DNA of 64,000 nt from an uncultured Candidatus Saccharibacteria bacterium (GTDB lineage: Bacteria > Patescibacteriota > Minisyncoccia > Phycocordibacterales > SBAW01), in the NCBI GenBank assembly GCA_964566795.1, contig CAZMIU010000001.1, positions 333,091 through 397,090 of the forward strand, given 5' to 3'. The notes under the pieces are model-generated. The model worked only from the letters and a program-made list of their open reading frames with translations, had not been told where the DNA came from and searched no databases. Every line of letters starts with the position of its first letter. Positions within the stretch are counted from its first letter, which is position 1. Below, piece after piece: positions 19,607 to 28,078 of the stretch. A program made the translations under genes and the position numbers.

Positions 19607-22216
19607 TTACCGGATATTGAGCTTCTGCATACGTTTCCTCAATGCTTCTTGGCCGCCCTCTAGTATCCTTATGATGTCACTCCTCCTGTCGGAGTTTTCT
19701 ATAGACCCAGTGGCGTAGGCAAAGTCGTACTTCCCGTTCGCCACTCTTTTAATGTCTGAGGCGACAATGTTCTCAGAGTCCGCACATATAACGAGGCTGG
19801 CATTGTGTGTGACGACTATTATCTGCCTTTCCTCTTTTTCCGACTTAACGAAATTGACCAAGTCAGTGGCTACCCCGCCTACATCGAGATCATCTTCAGG
19901 CTGGTCGATAAGGATTGGATATTTTTCGTCGTCAAATCGGAATATGAGCTCAAGCAGGGCTATTGCCTTTTGTCCGCCCGTCATATCCTTAAAGTGCGTT
20001 TCTCCCCCTTTCGTCTTCACTGAGTTAAGGTAGTCGATCTCATATCTGTTCCGGAGAAGCTGCGAGAGCACGGACGATAGATCGCCCGCTTCTACTTTTG
20101 TCCTAATCTTGCCGTCGACAAGTCCGACCACTATTTTCTTTACAGCTTGCTTACTCAACGGCACCGGGGCGTCGCCAAAAAGAGCCTTAATATCCCCGTC
20201 ACCCTTAAGGGCGGGGTCAGAATCCCGAGTGTTTATATTCCTTTCGACAAAAAGTTTGAGTTGGTCGGTATTGTATTTTGCGGATACCTCGATTTTAAGG
20301 AATGAGAACTTTTCGTCGAATTTGATTGTCTTGTAGATAGACTCCTGCTGGGCGTCAAAGTCCGCGTACGAATCTACAAGATCCTCAATGGCCTTATCCC
20401 GTTGCTGTTTCGCCTTCTCAAGCTTCTCGGTAAGGTCTTTAATCTTGTCCTGCAACTCCTGAAGTGAGGAGAGTTCTTTCGTAAGGTCGTCGAGGGCCTT
20501 ACTTTTCTTAATCTTGTCTTCCAGAGCTTTTACGACTTTTCCCTGCTCAGAGATTTCGGCTTCTGCTTCCTTAATCTGCTTGTCGATCCTCCCTATTTCG
20601 TCGGCGATGAGCTTTTTAAGGCTCTCTTTGCTCTTCTTGCTCAATTCCTCCCGGATCAACTCCTGCCGCGCCGCCGAGAGTAAGCTGAATTCCTGATCGG
20701 AAATGAAGATGCTAGCGCCGGTTTTTTGGAGCGACGACAGAATCTCCTTGTCTTGCTTCAGCACATCAACTGCCTTGGTGCCGTTTGATACTGCTTTTTG
20801 GGCTTGCGAATACTTCTGTATTTCTTGGCTGGTAAGCCGGGAATTGCCCGAGCCCTTGTACTTGCCTATCTGCGTGTTCTTCTTTTTTACTTCCTCATCG
20901 ATCTCTTTCTTCGATCCCTGCTTTTTCAGAGCAGCCTCGGTCTCCTTGATCCTGGAATCTGCCGTTATCAGCTTTTCGATAACGCCCTCAATCTTCACCC
21001 TATTCTTCGAGACAAAATTCTCGTAAGCCTGCACCGCGTTCGCAAACCTAGTATTTTTCTTAAGCAGTTTAGTGAGGAACACGTCGCGTTCGCCGGTCTT
21101 TTCGCCATCGTCATATGCCAAAGCGCTCAAGTAGTTCTGTGGGATGTAGAAAATACTTTTAGGGCTTTCCTCGGTGCCGCCGTTCTTCTGTCCATCGCCC
21201 CATACCACTTCGAAGCTGCCCAATGGATAGGGACTGCGCTTTTCTTTATCATTGAATTCTGTAGGATCTATCTTTTGGGCCGTATTCCTCAAAAGGGTCG
21301 ATTTGCCGCTGCCGCGGACACCGATGATCGAGTTGAGGTCTTTATTGAAGTAGACCACCCTTTTATCTCCGGACGATGTCTTGTAAGTTACATGGTCAAT
21401 GACAACCCTGCCGGTCTTAGCCTCGCCCGGATCCCTCTCCTGAATCCGCACCCGGTCTCGTGGCTCGTACAGCGCCTCCTTTAACCCCAGGAAGGTCGTA
21501 TCAGCTTTTATCCATGTAAAGCCGGATCCTATTGTGGATTTTTGATGGGTGTCGGAGCAAAAGAAGACCGGCTTTGGCTCTGCGTCCTTGTAGCGGTCAG
21601 TCTTAAGAAAAAAGTCGGTGTCTTCCTTTTTGCCAAACAACGCATCGGTTTTCTTATCGATTACAACTGCGAGGTTGTTTCCTCGTCCGTCATCCTGCGC
21701 CGACGGCCGGTAGCTGCCGTCGCCGCGCGGACAGGCCACAAGGATATAGTCCTCAAGGTGCTTAATATCCTTATCTTGCTCAAGCGCGGTTTTGAGCGAG
21801 TCAAATGCGATAGAGGTATTTTTTATCTCGGTAGGCGTTAGATCCTTGCAGTACTTGTCATCAATGGTCTTAAGCCTTCCGAGGAATCCTTGGATTTTTG
21901 CCGGAGACACTTGCTCGGAGAAAATGACGTGGATGTGCATCTCCTCGTTATCCTTATTTTGAGGCTGTGTCCTAAACTCAAGATTTGGAAGCACTGTTAT
22001 GCCCTTTGCCTTGAGCATCGCCCCAATATTCTCTAGTTCGTCCTCCGCGAAGTGGAAGTAATTGGTCATGCCGACTACGGCAATATCTTTTGCGACAAGT
22101 TCAGCCACAAACTCGTCGGCGGTGCACCCGTCATATTTATTGGCCAAAAAGGTCTGCGGCGTGTGCACGTGCAAATCCCATTTCCGCCACTCTGTGCCTC
22201 GTTCGTGCTTATTCAT
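19607..22216 (-). CDS. PHP-domain phosphoesterase fused to an SMC/SbcC-like ABC ATPase with a coiled-coil insert (869 aa).
   Basis: N-terminal PHP motif: WDLHVHTPQT, then a metal-ligand His/Asp pattern. Walker A GVRGSGKST. About 350 aa of Lys/Glu coiled coil. ABC signature MTGGQKA, Walker B ILIDQPEDDLD, H-loop VVTHN. It resembles what I believe NCBI labels TrlF-family AAA-like ATPases; that label is unverified. Confidence 0.8.
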   Translation of the reverse strand: MNKHERGTEWRKWDLHVHTPQTFLANKYDGCTADEFVAELVAKDIAVVGMTNYFHFAEDELENIGAMLKAKGITVLPNLEFRTQPQNKDNEEMHIHVIFSEQVSPAKIQGFLGRLKTIDDKYCKDLTPTEIKNTSIAFDSLKTALEQDKDIKHLEDYILVACPRGDGSYRPSAQDDGRGNNLAVVIDKKTDALFGKKEDTDFFLKTDRYKDAEPKPVFFCSDTHQKSTIGSGFTWIKADTTFLGLKEALYEPRDRVRIQERDPGEAKTGRVVIDHVTYKTSSGDKRVVYFNKDLNSIIGVRGSGKSTLLRNTAQKIDPTEFNDKEKRSPYPLGSFEVVWGDGQKNGGTEESPKSIFYIPQNYLSALAYDDGEKTGERDVFLTKLLKKNTRFANAVQAYENFVSKNRVKIEGVIEKLITADSRIKETEAALKKQGSKKEIDEEVKKKNTQIGKYKGSGNSRLTSQEIQKYSQAQKAVSNGTKAVDVLKQDKEILSSLQKTGASIFISDQEFSLLSAARQELIREELSKKSKESLKKLIADEIGRIDKQIKEAEAEISEQGKVVKALEDKIKKSKALDDLTKELSSLQELQDKIKDLTEKLEKAKQQRDKAIEDLVDSYADFDAQQESIYKTIKFDEKFSFLKIEVSAKYNTDQLKLFVERNINTRDSDPALKGDGDIKALFGDAPVPLSKQAVKKIVVGLVDGKIRTKVEAGDLSSVLSQLLRNRYEIDYLNSVKTKGGETHFKDMTGGQKAIALLELIFRFDDEKYPILIDQPEDDLDVGGVATDLVNFVKSEKEERQIIVVTHNASLVICADSENIVASDIKRVANGKYDFAYATGSIENSDRRSDIIRILEGGQEALRKRMQKLNIR

Positions 22217-22554
22217 AAAATTAAGGCCTCAGCCTTACCCGCTACATTACCACTTTTCCCAAGAAAAAACGCCTGTCTCAAAAAAGCGCAAAAGTATGGA
22301 GATAGTTGGAAGTATTTGCAATTGACGACGTGCTTTTTAGGTTTTCGGATACAAAAATTCATCTAAAAATGCTCAAAATGAGCGTTTTTGATTGTAAATT
22401 TTTGCGGTACTGTCGCGCTCGTGCTACAATTGAAATTAATAACGGTAACTGGTCCGATACACGAGACCTAACATAACCGGCACAATCTCCGATCGCGACG
22501 CCGTCGATCACGCGGGACCGCCAACACTATCAGTTCGTTAACAACAGAATAGTT

Positions 22555-23838
22555 ATGGCAAACGTATCTATCAAGTACGTCTCTATCGACGTGCTTAAAC
22601 CCGCGGCGTATAACCCGCGCAAGATCTCGCCAGAGGCCCTGGCGCAGCTCAAAGAGAGTATCGCCAAGTACTCTGTGGTCGACCCGTTAATCGTCAACTC
22701 CGCTCCCAAGCGCAAAAACGTGGTCATTGGGGGCCATATGCGCCTTAGGGCGGCCAAAGAGCTCGGGCACAAGGAGATACCGGTCGTGTATCTCAATATC
22801 CCCGACATCAAGAGGGAGAAAGAGCTCAATCTTCGCCTGCACAAGAACATGGGCGAATTCGACTTCGATCTCCTCAAAAAGCTCGATTTCGACCTCTTGC
22901 TCGATGTAGGGTTCGACAAGGACGCTCTCAACGACATCTGGGCAGAGCAGCTTAAATCGCGCTCCGATGCCTTCGATGTCGATAAGGAGCTCAAGAGCAT
23001 CAAGAAGCCGCAGACGCGGCTGGGCGACCTCATACTCCTCGGCCCGCACAAGCTCTTGTGCGGCGACTCGACCAAGCCCGAGAACTTAGAGCACCTGCTC
23101 GGCGACGAAAAGGCGGCGATGATATTCAGCGATCCCAAGTACAACATCAAGTTGGACTACAACGGCGGGGTCGGCGGCAAGAAGTCCTACGGCGGCAAAG
23201 TCGACGATAACCTATCCGACGAGAAGTACCGCGACTTCCTCAAGGCCAGCATGGAGGCAGCACTCGCGGTCACGCAAGAGGACGCGCATATCCTGTACTG
23301 GTGCGATCAGACCTATATCTGGCTCGTGCAATGCCTCTACCGCGACCTCGGCATTGCCAATAAAAGAGTTTGCATCTGGCTCAAGAATGGCCAGAACCCT
23401 ACCCCGGGCGTAGCCTTCTCCAAGTGCTACGAGCCCTGCGTATATGGCGTGCGCGGCAAGCCGTACCTCAATAAGAAGCTGACTAAGCTCAATGAGGTGC
23501 TCAACGCCGACACGACAACGGGCAACAGCCTGCTAAGCGAATCGCTCGACCACCTGGATGTATGGGCGGTCAATCGCGTGCCCGGCAAGGACATGGAGCA
23601 CGCGACCTCGAAGCCTCCGGCACTGTATGAGAAAGCGATAAGGCGCTGCACAAAGCAGGGAGACATAATCCTGGATTCCTTCTCCGGCTCGGGCAGCACA
23701 CTTATTGCGGGCGAGCAGACAGGCCGCAAGGTCTACGCGGTCGAGCTTGAGCCTATCTTTTGCGACCTCACCATTCGTCGATATGAAGCGCTAACAGGCA
23801 CAAAGGCCAAGATTATCCGCTCCGATGAAGAAGTCTAG
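22555..23838 (+). CDS. ParB-like nuclease domain fused to a beta-class N6/N4 DNA methyltransferase.
   Basis: ParB N-domain: VSIDVLKPAAYNPRK...GGHMRLRAAKELGH. MTase motif IV variant FSDPKYN lies before motif I ILDSFSGSGST, the beta-class order. Fusions of this kind are typical of phage and plasmid orphan MTases. Confidence 0.8.
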   Translation: MANVSIKYVSIDVLKPAAYNPRKISPEALAQLKESIAKYSVVDPLIVNSAPKRKNVVIGGHMRLRAAKELGHKEIPVVYLNIPDIKREKELNLRLHKNMGEFDFDLLKKLDFDLLLDVGFDKDALNDIWAEQLKSRSDAFDVDKELKSIKKPQTRLGDLILLGPHKLLCGDSTKPENLEHLLGDEKAAMIFSDPKYNIKLDYNGGVGGKKSYGGKVDDNLSDEKYRDFLKASMEAALAVTQEDAHILYWCDQTYIWLVQCLYRDLGIANKRVCIWLKNGQNPTPGVAFSKCYEPCVYGVRGKPYLNKKLTKLNEVLNADTTTGNSLLSESLDHLDVWAVNRVPGKDMEHATSKPPALYEKAIRRCTKQGDIILDSFSGSGSTLIAGEQTGRKVYAVELEPIFCDLTIRRYEALTGTKAKIIRSDEEV

Positions 23839-24256
23839 GAGAAATCAGTTCCTGGACCAGCTCTGCACAATTCCTAATGTCTCGCTCGCGTGCGAGAAGA
23901 CAGGGCTATCTAGGAACACCATCTACCGGTGGCGCGGCGAGGACGAGGAGTTCAAGAAGGAAATGGACGCCGCGCTCAAAGCAGGTGTCGAGACCATCAA
24001 CGATTTGGCCGAGAGCAAGCTCATCAGCCACATCAACAACGGCAGCATGAGGGCTATCGAGTATTGGCTTACCAATCACAAGAAAGCTTATGTGCGCCCG
24101 AAGCCCAAGGACTTCTGGGACGATCTCTTGGGCAAGATTCCCGTCACCTCAATCAACATCCTGCCACCCCTGCCCCCTTCCCAGGCGCAGGCGGAGCACT
24201 TGGAGAAGATTCGCAAAGAGCGGGAGGAGGGGCAGCATGGATCAGTTAATCAGTAA
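23825..24256 (+). CDS. Phage terminase small-subunit-like HTH protein.
   Basis: FLDQLCTIPNVSLACEKTGLSRNTIYRWRGEDEEFKKEMDAALKAGVETINDLAESKL is the classic N-terminal HTH of small terminase / phage DNA-binding proteins. Confidence 0.5.
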   Translation: MKKSRRNQFLDQLCTIPNVSLACEKTGLSRNTIYRWRGEDEEFKKEMDAALKAGVETINDLAESKLISHINNGSMRAIEYWLTNHKKAYVRPKPKDFWDDLLGKIPVTSINILPPLPPSQAQAEHLEKIRKEREEGQHGSVNQ

Positions 24257-24270
24257 TCATTAACATAGTT

Positions 24271-24507
24271 ATGAGAAAAGGTGCTAAACCGGCTTCAAAG
24301 CCGACAGTCGAAGAATTAGAAGAGAGAATCCATAGGATCTATCACTTCCTTACTGATTGGGCCAACTCGCCCGATGCAGACGATTGGCTCCGCTACCATG
24401 TCATGGTAGCCGTCAGGATTCTGCATGGCGAGAGTCTTAAGGGGACCTTAATTCAGAACCTTAAGACAGGAGGGATTGAAGTCCTCAGCGACGATCACGA
24501 CCATTAG
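24271..24507 (+). CDS. Hypothetical protein.
   Basis: 78-aa ORF placed in the operon after the TerS-like gene. No known domain. Confidence 0.3.
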   Translation: MRKGAKPASKPTVEELEERIHRIYHFLTDWANSPDADDWLRYHVMVAVRILHGESLKGTLIQNLKTGGIEVLSDDHDH

Positions 24508-24511
24508 CCAC

Positions 24512-24537
24512 AAACCCCGCGAACTATCGCGGGGTTT
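24512..24537. terminator. Intrinsic terminator hairpin.
   Basis: CCCCGCGA-ACTA-TCGCGGGG is followed by TTTGTGTG. Confidence 0.5.
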
Positions 24538-25234
24538 GTGTGTTATATGCCTGTCCTACATGCCACCTAAGGCGCTCATAGGAGCCAGTATCAAGCGCTC
24601 GTTGGCCACTGAGCATTGAGGAGAAGAATATCGGCACTTGTCCACTATCCAATTCAAGCCAATGAAAGCCGTGGTCCTCATCAAACGATAGTTTATCCGC
24701 AAAGTGCGCTCTTATTATCCCGCACGACCCTGCGTTAGACACTACTATTGCCTTGGGCCGTATCTCATTGAGAGCTTCGAGAAAGATATCGAGCTGATCG
24801 CGGCCAAACTCGTTGAGAGCCTTATCCTTGTCGCGTACAAGCTGGAGAAAATCATTTTGCTTCGTCTGCCGGTATACGAATAAGTCGATGTGCTGGAAAT
24901 GCGTCCTGCAGAGTTTCGCCATCTCATGCATACGCTTAAAGAACGCATACCCTTCCTTGACGAGCCTGCCGGAGCGCACAGAATCATCGACGCTGTTTGG
25001 ATTGGAGGCAAAATTGCTCCAGGAGTAAAAGGATCCAGGATCCCTCGTCTCGAATTCTGTGCCGCGCATAAGCTTACGGACTCCAACAGGATTAAACGAA
25101 GGGTTCATGCCGATAAACAGGATGCCGCCCTGTTTAAACTCGTCATAGAAGATAGGCGCGTATACTTCCTTGTTGTCGCTAAAATATTTCTTCCATACCG
25201 CAAGAATCTTGCGGTTTATTTTCTCATTAATCAC
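24524..25234 (-). CDS. Hypothetical protein, possibly UDG-superfamily-like.
   Basis: GILFIGMNPSFNP is reminiscent of the motif A of Mug/TDG-type glycosylases (GINPG). The GTG start is inferred. Weak. Confidence 0.3.
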   Translation of the reverse strand: MINEKINRKILAVWKKYFSDNKEVYAPIFYDEFKQGGILFIGMNPSFNPVGVRKLMRGTEFETRDPGSFYSWSNFASNPNSVDDSVRSGRLVKEGYAFFKRMHEMAKLCRTHFQHIDLFVYRQTKQNDFLQLVRDKDKALNEFGRDQLDIFLEALNEIRPKAIVVSNAGSCGIIRAHFADKLSFDEDHGFHWLELDSGQVPIFFSSMLSGQRALDTGSYERLRWHVGQAYNTQTPR

Positions 25235-25469
25235 TTGCTCTAGCGGGTTTTAGAGCGACGGAGTAAGCCCAAATCAAAAGGCTCCTGGCCATCGCGACAG
25301 AACCTTTCGGCCCTGCCCATAGCGGTTTCCCGATATGACCCGCTAGAGTGACTCTGACCAGGAGTCCTTTGATCTCTAGCGGGATTTTCGACCTTGCCGC
25401 AACAGGATGTTACGGGGTAGGCCCTTTTATATAATTGTCCGTAATACGATGCTATGTATTACGCCCTTG

Positions 25470-25560
25470 ATATTAACGCACATTTCTAAACCTGCTAAGG
25501 CCTCTTACTAATGGGCGACGAATTGACTAGTCTGCATAGCAGTAGATACTTGATCGGGAG
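25470..25560. repeat. Left copy of a roughly 90-bp imperfect direct repeat (about 70% identity) that flanks the DUF4279 gene.
   Basis: ttgatattaacgcacatttctaaacctgctaaggcc...gcgacgaattgactagtctgcatagc at 25470-25560 matches ttgatactaacgtatatccccatccctgctaagccc...gcgacgaatccgctagtttgcatagc at 25990-26080. Confidence 0.6.
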
Positions 25561-25984
25561 GATATATATCAAGCCCTAGTCCGATATTCAACTCAGTAAG
25601 TCTTTTAAGCAAGACGGGGTCAAAGACTAAACCACTGTTTGCCTCAATTTTAATACCAACGAAAAAATCTAGCTTCCCTCCACTATTATTTACTCTCTTA
25701 AATATTTCCTTATAAGGAGCAATCTTATCAAGGAACTTATTCAAAGCCATTTCAAGCGACTCGTTATCGCTATTTTCCCATTTTTCAAGAAAACTGAAAC
25801 CGAATTGGGATTCAGAATATTCACCAGAGAGAACCTTCCCTTTTTGGTCTTTCCGTGTCTTACCGACCTCCTTTAATCTTCCAATAATAATGCTCGGAAT
25901 TGCAGAAAGCCGTTCATGCTCCTCTTTCAAGTTTGAAGTAGGGTGTTTTACTCCCAAAGAAACTATGTATTCGTATGGATTCAT
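25508..25984 (-). CDS. DUF4279-like protein.
   Basis: YEYIVSLGVKHP...KRLTELNIGLGLDIY follows the two-part pattern of DUF4279, which ends in ...DIY. Recalled from memory, unverified. Confidence 0.45.
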   Translation of the reverse strand: MNPYEYIVSLGVKHPTSNLKEEHERLSAIPSIIIGRLKEVGKTRKDQKGKVLSGEYSESQFGFSFLEKWENSDNESLEMALNKFLDKIAPYKEIFKRVNNSGGKLDFFVGIKIEANSGLVFDPVLLKRLTELNIGLGLDIYPPDQVSTAMQTSQFVAH

Positions 25985-25989
25985 AACTT

Positions 25990-26080
25990 GATCTGTATCA
26001 AGACTTTGATACTAACGTATATCCCCATCCCTGCTAAGCCCTTATATGACCACGCGACGAATCCGCTAGTTTGCATAGCT
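25990..26080. repeat. Right copy of the repeat. It also contains a pseudogenised C-terminal fragment of a second DUF4279-like gene (AMQTSGFVAW vs AMQTSQFVAH*).
   Basis: Hand translation of the minus strand across 26045-26075 gives ...AMQTSGFVAW..., matching the last 10 residues of the intact gene at 25508-25540. Confidence 0.55.
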
Positions 26081-26114
26081 ATACAGGATTGACAGGTCTG
26101 GCATTAATGGTCAT

Positions 26115-27434
26115 ATGGAATTATCAACCAAAGTCCCTATAGGGACGGTAGTCCCATTATCAATAGAAAAAGTTAAGTACGCCCTGTATGCCCGCAAGTC
26201 GACCGAACAGGACGAGCGGCAAGCATTATCCATCGACTCCCAAATAAAGGAGATGTTGGCAGTAGCAGAGCGAGAGGATTTGGACATTATAGATATCCGG
26301 CGAGAATCCCATTCAGCAAAAGAATCAGGTCAAAGGCCAGTGTTTAAGGAACTGCTAGAAGACATAAGACGAGGCAGATTCAACGGGATACTTACCTGGA
26401 ATCCCGATCGCCTAAGCCGCAACGCAGGCGACCTTGGCTCCGTAGTAGACCTCATGGACCAAAAATTGCTAGTCGAAATCCGTACTTATGGGCAGCATTT
26501 CCGCAACTCGCCCAATGAGAAGTTCCTGCTCATGATTCTGTGTAGTCAGGCGAAGTTAGAGAACGATAATAAAAGCATTAATGTAAAGCGCGGCCTCAAG
26601 ACAAGGGTGGAAATGGGCCTATGGCCCTCTCCTGCTCCAACTGGATACTTAAAAGAAAAGAGGATGGACCGGAAATGCGAAACCATCATAGACCCCGCCA
26701 GGGCACCGGTCATCAAACAAATGTTTGAGAAGGTGGCCTACGAGAAATGGAGCGGCCGCAAAGTCTACAACTGGCTCAAGTTCGAGCTTAACTTCAAGAC
26801 CCCAGGCGGCAATAAAAACCTGACGCTCAGCAACGTCTATATGTTGCTCCAAAATCATTTTTACTACGGCGTATTTGAGTACCCCAAAAAGTCCGGCCGC
26901 TGGTATCAAGGCAAGCACGAACCTCTTATCACCAAAGAGCTATTCGATTTAGTCCAGACGCAAGTCAAAAGCCAGTTTGTAAGGGCTGAGAGCAAGGAGT
27001 TTGCCTTTACAAAACTTATGGAATGCGGCTTATGCGGCTCTGGTATTACCGCTGATGAGAAGTTCAAGAAGCAGAAGAATGGAAATACCCACCGGCATGT
27101 CTATTATGGATGCACAAAAGCGAGGGACAAGAATTGCAAAGGCGGGTATATAAACGAGGTGGTGCTGATTGAACAGTTTGTCGGGCTGATGGATACAATA
27201 GACCTAAACGAGATCGGGATCAAAGAAAAGATAAAAGCAGAGGTAGAGAGATTTAAGAAGTTTCAACAGTCAGTCCTAGGAGCCAAGGCCAAAATACAAG
27301 TAGCTGATATCGACATCCGCAATTACGCAAAATATCTTCTACAAGAAGGTGCCCCTATTGAAAAAAGAGAACTTCTATCTTGCCTCAAAAGTAAAATGCT
27401 ACTCAAAGAAAAGAACATATATTTAAGTCAGTAG
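26115..27434 (+). CDS. Large serine recombinase with a resolvase/invertase catalytic domain, a recombinase domain and a zinc ribbon.
   Basis: N-terminal catalytic domain: YALYARKSTEQD..., with the Ser nucleophile in the RKST context. Zinc ribbon: CGLCGSGI...YYGCTKARDKNCKGGY. Confidence 0.85.
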   Translation: MELSTKVPIGTVVPLSIEKVKYALYARKSTEQDERQALSIDSQIKEMLAVAEREDLDIIDIRRESHSAKESGQRPVFKELLEDIRRGRFNGILTWNPDRLSRNAGDLGSVVDLMDQKLLVEIRTYGQHFRNSPNEKFLLMILCSQAKLENDNKSINVKRGLKTRVEMGLWPSPAPTGYLKEKRMDRKCETIIDPARAPVIKQMFEKVAYEKWSGRKVYNWLKFELNFKTPGGNKNLTLSNVYMLLQNHFYYGVFEYPKKSGRWYQGKHEPLITKELFDLVQTQVKSQFVRAESKEFAFTKLMECGLCGSGITADEKFKKQKNGNTHRHVYYGCTKARDKNCKGGYINEVVLIEQFVGLMDTIDLNEIGIKEKIKAEVERFKKFQQSVLGAKAKIQVADIDIRNYAKYLLQEGAPIEKRELLSCLKSKMLLKEKNIYLSQ

Positions 27435-28078
27435 GACGTAAAAAGTTCTCTCTCCTTAGGAAAGAAATAAAGAGTTATGTGATAAATACCGTAAGTTATA
27501 AAAAAAGCCGCAAATATATCTATGCTGTAGTGCAGGTGTCCAAGCAAGGAAAACACACCTGAAAGTACCGACCAGCAAAGGAAAATATACCGCAATACTT
27601 TGTCCTGCCAGAACATCAAAGCCAAGAGGAAAGTAACTCCTGTATATCCGGAAAAGAAAAGGTCAGCCCCTCCAAACACCCTAGAAACAATAACTCCTGC
27701 ATCAAAGGATATTTGAGTTGGAAAGGGAGCTAAATGCGTCAGGGAGACAAAGATTGCCCGAATGAAATAGAAGATTGATAGGGCATAAAGCACAAACAGG
27801 ATGCGCTGCGGCCTAATAACGCATAGCCCAACAACAAAAACCACCAAGACAAAAGCGCTGTAGACGAAGAACCAGCCCACATCGAATACCGGTATATTCG
27901 AAAGGATTAGATCGGCAACTGCACTACTGGCATTCTTGCTTGCATACACTGCCGCATAGAGGTTAGAAGCTACACTTGCCATGAAGAGCGCTGTTGCGAC
28001 TAAGACTGACACGACAAAGCGTCTATTGAGACAAATTTTCCTATATCGTCCTAAGACACTGATAAACCACTGATTCAT
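27428..28078 (-). CDS. PAP2-superfamily-like membrane protein.
   Basis: Six TM helices. FSGYTGVTF and GHLHYSIDIFAAFFI resemble PAP2 / sphingomyelin-synthase motifs 2 and 3 (SGH; H...D). Confidence 0.4.
   Translation of the reverse strand: MNQWFISVLGRYRKICLNRRFVVSVLVATALFMASVASNLYAAVYASKNASSAVADLILSNIPVFDVGWFFVYSAFVLVVFVVGLCVIRPQRILFVLYALSIFYFIRAIFVSLTHLAPFPTQISFDAGVIVSRVFGGADLFFSGYTGVTFLLALMFWQDKVLRYIFLCWSVLSGVFSLLGHLHYSIDIFAAFFITYGIYHITLYFFPKERELFTSY

Noticed and set aside
22217-22554. A small RNA or structured element in the divergent promoter region between the PHP-ATPase and the ParB-MTase.
   Set aside because: The region is AT-rich with plausible -10/-35 hexamers on both strands but no convincing conserved structure or repeats. 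It is treated as an ordinary divergent promoter.
25235-25510. Housekeeping ncRNA candidates (tmRNA, RNase P RNA, SRP RNA, 6S) in the long intergenic regions at 25235-25510, 37119-37435 and 55213-55457.
   Set aside because: I looked for hallmark strings: the RNase P P4 GGAAAGUCCGG, the tmRNA tag-reading frame and 3' tRNA-like end, and the SRP domain IV. None was found.
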